A DNA stretch of 64,000 nucleotides from Squalus acanthias. Lineage: Eukaryota. The notes under the pieces are model-generated. The model did no database searches. It had not been told where the DNA came from and saw nothing but the letters and a program-made list of their open reading frames with translations. Of this stretch, positions 52,416 through 64,000 are shown piece after piece. The DNA is taken from NCBI GenBank assembly GCA_030390025.1, contig CM059453.1, forward strand, positions 7,254,001 through 7,318,000, written 5' to 3'. The position numbers and the translations under genes are program-made. The number at the start of each line of letters is the position of its first letter. The first letter of the stretch is position 1.

Positions 52416-54989
52416 TTGTTACTATGAGCATTTAGCTCAACCTGCTGACCAAGCTAAACAAAAACACATTTTACAGCTATTTCAGATTGCCCCTGGGACG
52501 GTTGTCAAGGAGATATTCTGAGAAGATAACACGAAGAAATCCTGAAAATTGAGCCAGAATACTTGGGGTAATTGAAAGAGCAGATTCTAGACTGAATTGA
52601 AATATCAGACAAAAGCGAACAGATCCGAGTGTGAAGTGTATGCTCTCGGAGTTATACCTGTAAACATATATCAAGTCAGGCAATTAATCGCCTGCTTTCA
52701 ACATGGATTTTTCCCTGGTAATTTAAACACTCCAGCATAGGAAGAGGAGCCGCTAGTTGTTTCGCAAAAAAACTCAGTTGCATTAAATGATTCAACATGT
52801 GCTACCGGTGCTGAGCTCTGTACAGTGGATTGTATAATTACATTTCCTTATTTTGGTTTCTGATGAACTTAACATATAGGAAAGCAATCTTAATACCGTT
52901 ATTTCCAATTTACACAGGGGACAAAACCATGGCTGAAATTCAGTGTCAGTTTGCAGAGTCTTCGTGTCCTCCTAACAGCTTTCTGTCCCACCTAGCTTTG
53001 CAACGTCAGCAAACTTGGCATACATTTCCTTTCATATTAGGCACGGGATTTCTGCGTTCGTGTTGGTGTTGCTGCAGTAGGGAGATTCCCTCTAGCATCT
53101 CTGTGTGTTGGTGACGTTTTACAGTTACAAAGAATTACATAGAATGGGCAGCACAGAAGCAGGCCATTGGGGCCAGTTGTCTATGTCGGTGTTTATGCAC
53201 CATAAGCAACATCTCCCTCCCCAATTCATCTAATTCATTCAGCATAACTATCTATTCCTGTCTCCCTCATATGTTGTTCCATCTTCTCCTTGAATGCAAC
53301 TATGCTATTCGCCTCGTTTACTCCTAGCAGTAGCGAGTTCCACATTCTGCCGTAAAGCTTTTTAAACAAAATTTTCCTTAAAATATTCCTGGATATTTTT
53401 AAGAGTATTAAATTGTTAAAGTTTGATTAATACAGCTGAAAATGTGATTATCACAAGAAAGAACAATTTTGAATCACGGTGTCAATCCACCAACTATGAG
53501 TAACCCGATTATAATTGGCTGAAAATTACTTAAAAAAATATAGTTAAAACTATGTTCTAGTTAGATTAGGATACAGTAGTCAATTCCTTAGGATTATTTA
53601 TTTTCAGTCAATACCTTTCAAAATGTACGTATTAGTGCTTAAGAAAATCCAGCTTAATTTTGGGCCTGCAAACGAGCACAATTAGAGGAAACTATCAAAG
53701 GAGATTAACTCATCCTGGGGGCGTGGCCACTAGTTTGGATGGGCCTGCTTCTTTATGTTTAATTTATTTACTCGTTCCTGGGATGAGGGGGTCGCTGCCA
53801 AGGCCGGATGTATTGCCCAACCCGAATTGCCCTTGAGAAGGTCGTGGTGACCCACCTTCTTGAACTGCTGCAGCCCGTGTGGTGAAGGTACTCCCAGAGT
53901 GCTGACTTTTTCGCAGTGGTTTGGTACAACTGAGTGGCTTGCTAGGCCTTTTCAGAGGCCAGGAAAGAGTCAACCACATTGCTGTCGGTCTGGAGTCACA
54001 TAGAGGCCAGACCAGGTGAGGACGGCAGATTTCCTTCCCGAAAGGACATCAGTGAACCAGATGGGATTTTACAACAATCTGGTAGTGGCATGTTCACCAT
54101 TACTGATACTAGCTTTTTAATTCCAGATGTATTTAATGCACTGAATATAAATTCCCCAGCTGCCCAGTTCTAGCGCAATGCTTTTAAAACTACGCCGATA
54201 TCAGGGGAATTGCATCGAAAAGTACCGCATTCGAGCGGATACTCCAGGCCCTTGTATTTACATATCGTCATTCACAAACACAGTACATCCAAATGCGCTT
54301 TACAACTAATTAAGTACTTTTGAAGTATTGTAACGTTGTAATCGCAGCGGCCATTTTAGCGTACAACACGTTCCCCCTAAATCATCAATGTGATATCGAC
54401 CAGATAATCTGTTTTGGTGCGGCCCAGGACACCGGGGAGAGCGACACTCCCAGTATCCGAAACAGTGGCAAGGGATCTTTTCAGGCACCAAAGAAGCATC
54501 AGTTTATCGTCTCATTTGCAAGATAGCTTCTGCGCAAGTGCAACACTACCTCAGTTGTGCACTGGGAATGTCAATCTGGATTTTGCGCTCAAGGCTCTGG
54601 AGTGGGTCTTGTAACCCATGACATCTTGATTCAGATGCAATATATTGTGAAGATGGATGCTCTGAGATCTCAATTCGAATTACAGTTTAAACGTGGAGCT
54701 GAAAACACAACAGGTCCTTCAAAGATTCAGCTTACACTATAAGCGGATGTTGCCTGACCGCAAATACATTTATTCTGGTCCAATTGTCCAGAATGGTTCA
54801 AACCGAAGAACGTCATAGATGGCAGTGGGCTGTGTTCTGCAGTAACCACAACTACAGAGGCGCTGAATAGAACCGAGCACTTCACACCTCCCCTCTTTTG
54901 CTATACTGGCACACGGTGTAAACAAACCCACCTCGGTGCAGCCGCAACGAGTGAAAAACTGTGCATGCTCCATATGAACAGTCAGCGTT

Positions 54990-57548
54990 AAACCCAAATT
55001 GAGCACCGAATTTCACCACACATCATTTCAAACTTCGGCTTCAAAGCAAATTGGTCTTGTGTGGAGCTTCATTGAGCAGGGGGCATTGCACCAACCGCCA
55101 CTCTGTGATTGACCAGACATTATGGCTTATTTTATTGTTATTGCAAACTGAGACCTGGGTCTGAACACACATCCCTAAAGAAGTCAGTAAAACCAGGCTG
55201 TGACTGGGTCTGAACACACATCCCTAAACTAGTCAGTAAAACCAGGCTGAGACCTGGGTCTGAACACACATCCCTAAACTAGTCAGTGAAGCCAAGCTGA
55301 GACCTGGGTCTGAACACACATCCCTAAACTAGTCAGTAAAACCCAACTGCGACCTTGGTCTGAATAGAAGAACCAAACAAACTCGGCCCTGGATTTGAAC
55401 CCCCTTCACACCGCCAAAAAAATGGTTGTCCCAATGGATGATTTTAATCTCTTAGTTGTTTAATAAAAATAAACTGGGCACTGGAACCGCACTCACATCC
55501 CTGAAGTGCTCTGTAAAATCAGACTGGACCCTGGATCTTACCGCAAATTCCATCTCCCTTTCTCAGACTTTCTCTGTCAGAATGTCTCTCACACATTTTG
55601 ACTTCTCTCTCTCTCTTTTTTCGCTAGAAAACGAGAAGGCTGAGCTGTGGCCTAATAGAGGACTTGAAAATCACGATAGGGTTTTTGAGGGTAGATGTAG
55701 AGAAGGTATCCCTATTTGTGGGGAGTCCAAAACTCGGGGTCATATATCTATGATTATCACCAATAAATCCAGTCGAGATTCAGTAGAAGCTTCACTACCC
55801 AGCGTGGTGAAAATGTGAAACTTGCTACCGCAGTGAGTGGTTGAGGCGAATAACATAGATACATTTAAGGGGAAGCTAGACAGGTACATGTGGGAGAAAT
55901 ATAGAGAAGGATATGCTGATAGGGTTAGAAGAGGTAAGGTGGAATAAGGCTCATTAGGAGCATAAACATACTGGCCTTTGTTTATATGTAATTATGTAAA
56001 TGTTATTCACTCTCTGGCTCTCTCTCTCTCTCTCTCTCTCTCTTCCTCCCTCATTATCTGTCAATTAAGGGTATTAAAAGAGAATAAAAAAGGTGAGCAA
56101 CTGCGATTTCAAACGGGTATAAAAAGGGGGTTTAAAAGTGATCTAATAGAGGTTTAAAACGGAGATCTAAGGCGGATCATGAAGGGGGTGAACAGGGGCT
56201 GTAGCACTGAGGTTAAGTACTGGTTTTATTAAGGGGTTGACAGTAGTATTTAAAAGGGGGGTTTAAAGAAGTGTAATTACAAAGAGGGAAGGCGGGAGGA
56301 TTCTGTGGTCTCACCGGAAGTGACATCAATCGCAGACATGACAGACAACAGCGAATGGGCTCTCATTGGATCTGTCATCATTTCATCAGTGAATATGAAA
56401 TCCTACACTAGTGATTAGTAAGAAGATGAATATATTAAAAGAGGAATGGCCATTGGTCCAAAGGACGCTGCATCTTGACCGTGTGAAATTCACCCTCATT
56501 GATTCTCATTCACTTATTTTTATGCTTGAGGGAGTGGAATAATCACGGGGCACTCACGAGAAGGCAACGTCCCCTTTCCCAAATTTCGAAACCAAGAGAT
56601 ATTTCAGGTAAACTGTTATCGCACTGGACTGAATGTTCAATTTAGTTCGTATGCATAATATAAGGCTTAAATGGTCACACTCAGAGCTCCACACGCAGTT
56701 TCCCTCTCGGACAATTATCATCCTCTGCACCATTTATACATTCCTCAGTTCTTATATTGTATTTCCATTCACTGCCTGATGTTAGTTTATATGTTCTACT
56801 GGCCTTGTACTAACAGGTTTGTAAGCGAGTGATACCCATCCTGTAATATCGGCCTCTGTTGTCTCGTCAGGACTTCTTCTTTCTCGCCTTACTAAACAAT
56901 TTGATTATCTTCCGTTTTCAATTCTGATTAATTACATACCGAAAATGTCCACTGACATCTTCACCCCACAGACAGCGACTGACCTGTTATGCCTTGTCAA
57001 CAGTTCCTGGTGTTCTTCAATGGATGTGTGCCCGGGACGTTCAAGAGTCCTGAGTAATGAGGCTGCTGTGACACTCTCCTTGTGTGCTTCAGAAAATAAT
57101 GGAGAATTAAATATCTTTGCTGTGTTGAGAAGTCCAATTAGTATGAATAGAATGTGCAAAATATTGTAATGGGTGAGCGCAAGAAAAATAAACAATTTGC
57201 TCTGGAAAGTGTAACGGATTTCAGATTAGAATTGTGAAAATGGGAAAGAGTGAGTTGTGCAAACTGCACGAGGCTCATCCGAGGTGCTTTACTGACATCT
57301 ATAAGGTAAGGTAGCGATTGATTACTAACCTCTGCATGGTAGCAGTGATACGGTCCTCTTATCTTCCAAAGAATCTGAACTAATTCTGCTTCATAATCTG
57401 ATTCCAAATGCGCCCAGCTTGAAGCTGGACTGTGTGCGAATGTGGTTCCCGATTGTATCCAGGATTTGATCCCACTGATCAAGTTGCAGGGATTTGTTCC
57501 CGTAGATAAAAATATCCACGTTGTTTCCAGCAGCATTGACACTCCAAT
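54990..57548 (-). pseudogene. Candidate multi-exon relic with SMAD MH2-like similarity
   Basis: Phase-1 exons 57548-57330 (one TGA), 57119-56940 (open, 180 nt) and a terminal exon from 55102 (frameshifted; intact paralog at 10046-9931). The family call is by eye only. Confidence 0.35.
55149..55365. repeat. 50-bp tandem repeat (~4.4 units)
   Basis: Paralog of 10093-10260. Confidence 0.9.
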
Positions 57549-57979
57549 CTGAAAGCTCACGTCACATTTCACAGTTCTAGCATTAAAGTCAGAATCTTCA
57601 TAAACCCGTCATTGTAGCAACTCGGATCTCAATGAGTTAATTTCAGCAGATTTCACCTCGCTGGACTGTTAATATAAACAGCTGAAGTCACTTCTAAAAA
57701 TGGCAGTTTACGCTCTTGAAACTTTTTTCAGAGAAACATTAAACATTTGACATTTCAGATACGTGTTGTGCCCCCGAACTACTGAAGGTGATCAACCCAC
57801 ACGTCTGCAGACAACGGCTACAGGACTAACCACAGCTTCACACTTCAAACACTCGCAGTTCAAGGGCTGATAAATAGCTCAGTGTGTGGGAGTTGAGAGT
57901 CGAGGCGTCTAAAGTTGATGCAGAGGCTATTTTAGATATTGCAATCTAAAGTGCCACTGCCTGTCCTGTAACTGTGCAG

Positions 57980-58646
57980 ATGATGAGGGGGCTGGGTGCA
58001 TCTCTGCTCAGGGTTATTTTGCAGTGGGTGAGCCTCATATATCTTGCAACAGCGGGCCACACACTGATGTAAACTGTTATATTTGAAGAGTCCCAGATTT
58101 CCAACAGTTTAGATCACCAACATTTCAGGAGTGCCGAAAGCTGTGTGAGCTACCACGGTTCCCAATGATTGTTGGGTGGCGAACAGCTGACCTCCTAATA
58201 CTCTGATTCGATTCATTCCGAACTCCAATATATTAGCGGCGAACCGAAAACAGAAACTACATCACTTATATCTGAGATAAAAACTATTTATGTCATTTTG
58301 ACATCGTCAACCGCCTCCAGTCATGAAGAATATTAAATGTATTTCCAATCCGATATTTAGCGAAGGTAAAAAATATTCATAGGATATGTGGTTAAAGGGA
58401 GTCCTAATCCTGGAACCTCACGGGTCTCGATTATCTATGATTCCAGGGATTCAGACAACGTACCCTTAAATTATAGCGGGCGAGCTGAGTTCACCGGCGA
58501 ATTTATAAAGAAACAATGTTCCTTACGGTTAAAGGACAACGGCAAGCGCGATCAAGGTGATTATTATTTCATATTGAAGATCATCACTGCCTTGAATACT
58601 ACAGAAGGATATTCTTCCGGATCTAAAGTCACACTTTTTATTTTAT
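57980..58646 (+). pseudogene. Siglec-like pseudogene fragment B2
   Basis: Leader-like exon 57980-58027 and the 3' part of the V exon (58385-58646). A ~475-bp deletion relative to B1 removes the acceptor and V N-terminus. Downstream exons are replaced by the A3 inversion. Confidence 0.8.
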
Positions 58647-58809
58647 GTAAGTTTTTTGAATTGTTCAATTTTAGTTTATCTTCCATCTCCTCAGTGCCAT
58701 TTAACTTGAGCTTAAAGTGTAAAGATATCTTGTTACTCTTAGCCCAAGTCACAGGCTACAGCGGCAGGGCTGGTACACTGCATAATACCCATGAGTGTGT
58801 TGTAGAATA

Positions 58810-60048
58810 GAATCATAGAATCATAGAATCTTACAGCACAGAAGGAGGCCAGTCGGCCAACGACGCCTGTGCCGGCTCTTTAAAAGAGCTATAAAATTTA
58901 GTCCCACTCCCCATATTTTTCCACATAACTCTGTAAATCAACCTTTTTTTTTTAGGACAGCTCCAACTGTTTTTCAAAAATTCCCATTGAATCGGATTCC
59001 ACCATCCTTTCAGCTGAAGCATTCTAAATCTTATCAACCCTCTAGGTGAAGACATTTCTCCTCATTTCCCAACGAGTTCTTCGTCGAATTGGTTTAAATC
59101 TGAGACCTTTGGTTACCAACACACTTGCCAGAGGATATGGTTTCTCCTTAATAATTCTGTCAACACCCCTCACTTTTGAATAGCACTATAAGGTCTCCCG
59201 TTATCCTTATCTTCTATAAGGAGAACAATCCCAGCTTCTCCAATCTCTCCACGTATGTGAACGTCTTCATCCCTGGTATTATCCTGGCAAACTTCTTCTA
59301 TACCTCCTCCAGGGCCTTGAACTGCTTCCTTAAGTGTAGTGCCGCGAATTGTACACAAAACTCCAACTGACGCCAAACCAGAGATTTGTAAAACTTGAAC
59401 ATGACTTCCTTGTTTTTGTATTCAATGCCCCTATGTAAAAAGAACCGAATTATCCTATATGCTTTCTTGTTAAACACCTTGTCAATTTACACTGCCATCT
59501 TCAAAGATTTGTGAATATGTACCCCATGTCCCTCTGTTCTTGCAGCTAACCTCAAAATGGGACTATTTAGATAATATTGCCTCTCCATACATTTCACCCA
59601 ACGTGCATTACTTCACACTTATCCGCAGCAAATTGCATCTGCCATGTGCCTGCCCATTTTACCAATCTGTCGATGTACTCCTGAAGTTTGCTACAATCGT
59701 GCTCACTATATAACACGTTGCCATTTTTGTATCACGCTCAAACTTCGAAACGTTACTCCCAATACCAAAGTCTAGGTCATTTATATAGAACAAGATTAGC
59801 AATGGTCCTAAGATCGACCCCCTGGGGGATGCCACAGCAAACTTCGCTCCTGTCAGAAAAACAGCCGTTCACCACTTCACTCTGCCTCCTATCCCTCAGC
59901 CAATTTCGTACTCACGTTGCCACTGTCCCTTAAATAAAATGTGCTGCTATTCTCCGAATAGATCTGTTATGAAGTACTTCATCCAATGTCTTTTTAACGT
60001 CCATATATACAACAGCTACTGCACTACCTTCATCAAACCTCTCTATTA
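58810..60048 (-). mobile_element. CR1 LINE fragment (duplicate of 12060-13300)
   Basis: Colinear with 12060-13300. Confidence 0.85.
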
Positions 60049-60049
60049 G

Positions 60050-60415
60050 TCAGAGAGTCATAGACTTATACAGCACATAAAGATGCCCTTCGGCCCATCG
60101 TGTCCGCGGGGGCCATCAAGCCCTGTCTATTCTAATCCAATTTCCGAGCACTTGGTTCGTAGCCTTGTATGCTATGGCGTATCAAGTGCTCATCTAAATG
60201 CTTCTTGAATATTGTGAGGATTCCTGACTCTACCACTCCTGCAGGCAGTGAGTTCCAGATTCCAACCACCCTCTGGGTGAAAAAGTTTTTCCTTAAATCC
60301 CCTCTAAAACTCCTGCCCCTTACCTTGAAACTATGCCCCCTGGTTATTGACCACTTGACTAAGGGGAAAAGTTCCTTTCTATCTATGCCCCTCATACTTT
60401 TGTACACCTCAATAA
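60050..60415 (-). mobile_element. CR1 3'-end fragment at the inversion junction
   Basis: ORF MRGIDRKELFP..TRGHSFKV..FFTQRVVGIWNSLP. Confidence 0.85.
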
Positions 60416-61093
60416 ATCTTCAAAATTTCTGAACTTGAGTGTGAATGTAAAGAGTTAAATATTTAGAAGAAAGGCTGTTTACCACTGCGTCAAACGGTTT
60501 ACTGTCAAACAGCTCCTATCTGAAACGTCACAGATGCATATTGGAGCGCTCCTTGAAGAAGGTGACGAAACCACACGTCTACAGACTGCAGCAAGCTAAC
60601 TAACTGTAGTGACCCCTCTACAACATTCAGCTCGTATTAGCTGCCAGAAAGCTGAAGATGTGTGAAATGTGAGGCAGAGGCGTCTGCAAGCGTGGGCGTT
60701 GCCATTCTGACACAGACGCCAATATATCAATATCATAAATAACAGTACATTTGGTGTTTGTGTGAGTTTGTACGAGAGAGGGAGATATGTTGTTTCTGTA
60801 TTAAGTATTCTTTTGCAACGGTTCAATATACCATAACATCATATTCTGTATCAGGCGGTCACACGGAGCCCATGTACAAGATGTGCTAGCTGCCGACCTC
60901 ACCAACGGAGCTGATTGAGTGAGCACTGTTCCAACACATCGGTAGCAACCGAATCGGACTTCCCCGACAGTCTGATGCTGATTAGCAAAGAAATCCAAGA
61001 TGTGACTGGAAAGAAGAATGCTGAAATTTGAATGGTGTTAATTGTGAATTGATTTCTTCATTTTGCGAGTGAAATCGACAGCATTTTCCAGCC

Positions 61094-61136
61094 ATGAGCA
61101 GTTGCGTGCTGCTGCCTCTCATAATGTTGACAGAAG
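61094..61136 (+). CDS. Siglec-like gene A3, signal-peptide exon (MSSCVLLPLIMLTE)
   Basis: ATG at 61094, donor AG|GTATAT. Confidence 0.8.
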
Positions 61137-61774
61137 GTATATTTCTGATGTTTTTTTTTTACAATTTCTGCAAGTGATTTATATCTTGTGGGAAAGGAAC
61201 AGCAAAATAACGAATATGAATGATTTTTTTGTTATTGATTTCAGAACTTGTGAAATAGGTATTCCATGATTGTTTAACGCGTGTGTTGTTGTTGTTTGAT
61301 AGCGTATACAGCCTATTGAAATAATATTTAAATACAGGGATTTTCAAATTATTTTTATTGTAAAGCACATTTAATAAAATTTACTTCATATTGATTGAGT
61401 GATTCAAAGGAGATTCAAGAGATGTTTAATATTTATTTTGATCATTATTTTAATGTATATTTAATGAGCATTTTAATGGGCGTTCTCTTACATGTTAGTG
61501 GATATGTATTCGGTTTTTAGATGAGTATTAAATATGTATATTTCCGGTTCATAAATCTCCTATCAAATAGGTATTCCTATGACCATTTCAATAGGTGTTG
61601 TGATTGGATGTTATTTAGTATTTTTTCTTGATTTTGAAAAGACCTTCACTGATATTATAATTGCTATTGTGAATGGCGATTGTTTGTCAATTATCAAACA
61701 CTTCAATGAATGATAAAGATGGTGAAATGAATTTTGAATATCTAATTAAAGGGTGTCTAACTTATTTTTCTCAG

Positions 61775-62161
61775 TTGTTTTTAGTGCTGCATCCTCTGTG
61801 AAGATACCAAAAGTTGTGTCGGCGGTGGCCGGTTCATGTGCAGAGATCCGGTGTACGTTTGATTTTGATTATCCAGACTATCGGGGAATCGTTGATATGA
61901 CGTGGTTAAAGAGGGAACCTGGTCTTGGTAAGACTGGCTTCTCCATTATCTATGATCCTAAAGATCCACACAGGCAGCATAATAACTACCGTGGAAGAGC
62001 TGAGTTCAAGTGTAACATTGAAAAGAAACAATGTTCCCTCCTGCTAACGGCTATCAGGAGGAGTGATCAGGGTAAATACCAACTCAGAATCGAGATCGCT
62101 TCGGCCATATATATTAATAGACCTCGGCCTCTGCATGCTGAGGTATTTCTTTCTGTTTTAG
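61775..62161 (+). CDS. Siglec-like gene A3, V-set Ig exon retaining the essential Arg
   Basis: 387 nt, phase 1-1, with a 2-aa insertion. DQGKYQLRIEI. Confidence 0.9.
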
Positions 62162-63857
62162 GTGAGTTTTCCCTTTGTTCCTTTTGTACATTTTCACTCC
62201 AGTGCTTCAGTACGATTCAACCTATGTGCAAACTTGCCAAATATTATAATATCCCTGACCGATCTCAACCGGTAGTTGAAACATAGGGTGCAGGGATACT
62301 GATAAGTGTCGCAGATGTCTGATATCCGAAACAGAGATGTATATTGAAATTACAGCAGTAAAACAGGCCGTTCGGCCCAGAGACTCAGTGTGGCTGTTTG
62401 TCCTTCACATGAGCAACACTCCGAATCGCATGTGCCTGCTCAGTTCCCATATCCCTTTATTGCAATTCCCTTCCAACACCTGTCGAACCTATTCTGAAAA
62501 TGTCCACATGAGGATAGATTAGTACTTGTTGACTGAACCTAAAACTGACGTTGTTGGTCGTACATACAATACATTAACTAGCAGCTCATTATTTCCAATG
62601 AAATGAAAGGCAATTAAACTAGGTCGGTTGCTAGAGTGGGTGACTTATCTGGAATGAGAGATTTGACCAGGGCGGACATTTCAAATTCTACTTCAGTCTC
62701 CTTCTATCGCCTCTGTCCCGTTGCTTAATAAATTTAAGCACTTCTGTCAAATCATCACAAAATCATTTTTAAACTCATAAGATCTGCAATTTTTAACTAT
62801 TTTCTTCTAATTTAAATGTTCTCATACCTGCAAGAAACTACGTGAATCCACCCTAAATCCTTCCTATAGACTGGAACCCCATACCCGCATTCTTACTCCA
62901 ACTGTGAAATAACTGCTGTTCGCGTTAGAATCTCCACTAATCTCGAATTTATATTATTGATCTCCTACCATTAAACCCAGAGCTCCAGAAACATCTTCAT
63001 ACACTTTCCCACTGGAGGTGCTACTTTTACTGTCTCATGAACCTGACCCCAAATTCCTCTGCTCTTCCACTTCTCCCAGCTTCCTACGGTTCAAATGAAC
63101 ATCTACCACCTCATATTTTCTGAACTTGAATTATATCTGCCTCTTATGTCCCCATTCTACTATATATCCAGTAGCCGTTTGTAACTCCCTTTTGTTGTCT
63201 CGTTATTTCCTGGGAGTTGTACTTGCAACTTTTTCATGAGTGTCAAACTTGCGATATTGGATACGCCTCTCATTGTACAAAACGCCCAATTTTCATTTTG
63301 TTGGAATCTAAATAAATCCTAACGGGAAATTTGAACATCATTCTATTTAGCGCCATCTCCAAGTTATTGATGCACCCAGTGAGTTGAAGCAATCCCACAG
63401 CACGACTCTTTGGGACACCGAACTCGGATCCAACTATTCTGAGCAACTGCAATTAACGGCGACTCACTGCATCCTCCCTTCTAAACTGTTTGTTTTGCAA
63501 CTTTTACATTATCTTTAATTCCAAACCTCTTAATATCTTCTCCAATAATCTCCTGTGTTTACCGTCGGCAATGGCTTCCTGATTACATTTCAAGTTACTT
63601 TTTGATGAAGCGTCTTTGGACATCGCGAGGACTTAAAAGGCGCTGAATTAATGCAGTCTTTGTTCCTGCCTTTCCCTATCCAGCGCTCAGTTATCCAGCT
63701 TTCAATTAGATCTTAATTAAAAAGTAGATGTTTCAGTAACGGGAAAATCAGTTTAAGTGATAATTTATTTGTTCATTCTAATCCCAAGGTAAACCATCAC
63801 TCGCCCGCTCTAACATTGAAATGTACCTAACACGATGGCTTTCTCCCGTTTTAATAG

Positions 63858-64000
63858 AAACGCCACATATTTCAAGTTATGGCGTTCTGATCGCTGGAAA
63901 AACTGCACGACTGACCTGCTCCATCAGACACAACTGCCCGAATGGCAACCTTCAACTGAAGTGGATTAATTATAATGTGTCCCTTCCTCTTCAATGGGAT
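63858..64000 (+). CDS. Siglec-like gene A3, C2-set exon 2 (truncated by window end)
   Basis: ttaatag acceptor. TPHISSYGVLIAGKTARLTCSIRHNCPNGNLQLKW, open to the edge. Confidence 0.85.

Larger units (their letters stand above)
41590..60048 (+). repeat. Segmental duplication of ~60-13300 (direct, with indels)
   Basis: Introns, exons and TE fragments are colinear. Extra blocks at ~51250-54110, 54300-54985 and 55365-57568. Confidence 0.92.
60420..64000 (-). repeat. Inverted duplication of ~5320-9360 (5' half of the A gene)
   Basis: Reverse-complement match to the A1 upstream region, exons and introns. Confidence 0.92.

Overview
Vertebrate genomic DNA, probably from a cartilaginous fish (inferred from the CR1 LINE, SINE and satellite content). 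The window holds a birth-and-death cluster of Siglec/MAG/CD22-like Ig-superfamily receptor genes. Gene A1 (minus, ATG 8687) has its cytoplasmic exons off the left edge. Gene A2 (minus, 50193-38281) is apparently complete: signal-V-C2-Ig-Ig-TM plus two tyrosine-motif tail exons. Gene A3 (plus, from 61094) is an inverted copy running off the right edge. B1 (~10.8-16.6 kb) and B2 (~58.0-58.6 kb) are plus-strand pseudogenes of a second subtype. About 1-13.3 kb is segmentally duplicated at about 41.6-60.0 kb. Only A3 keeps the essential sialic-acid-binding Arg. A2 combines a transmembrane Arg with ITIM/ITSM-like motifs. Between the Siglecs I read two decayed multi-exon relics that the ORF track largely misses: a compact TGF-beta-superfamily-like cystine-knot gene (17.7-20.3 kb) and a SMAD-MH2-like gene (55-57.5 kb, last exon also at 10 kb). 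Both are by-eye, tentative assignments. The rest is two near-full-length CR1 LINEs, LINE/SINE/MITE fragments, tandem repeats and a 239-N gap. All alignments and counts were done by hand.
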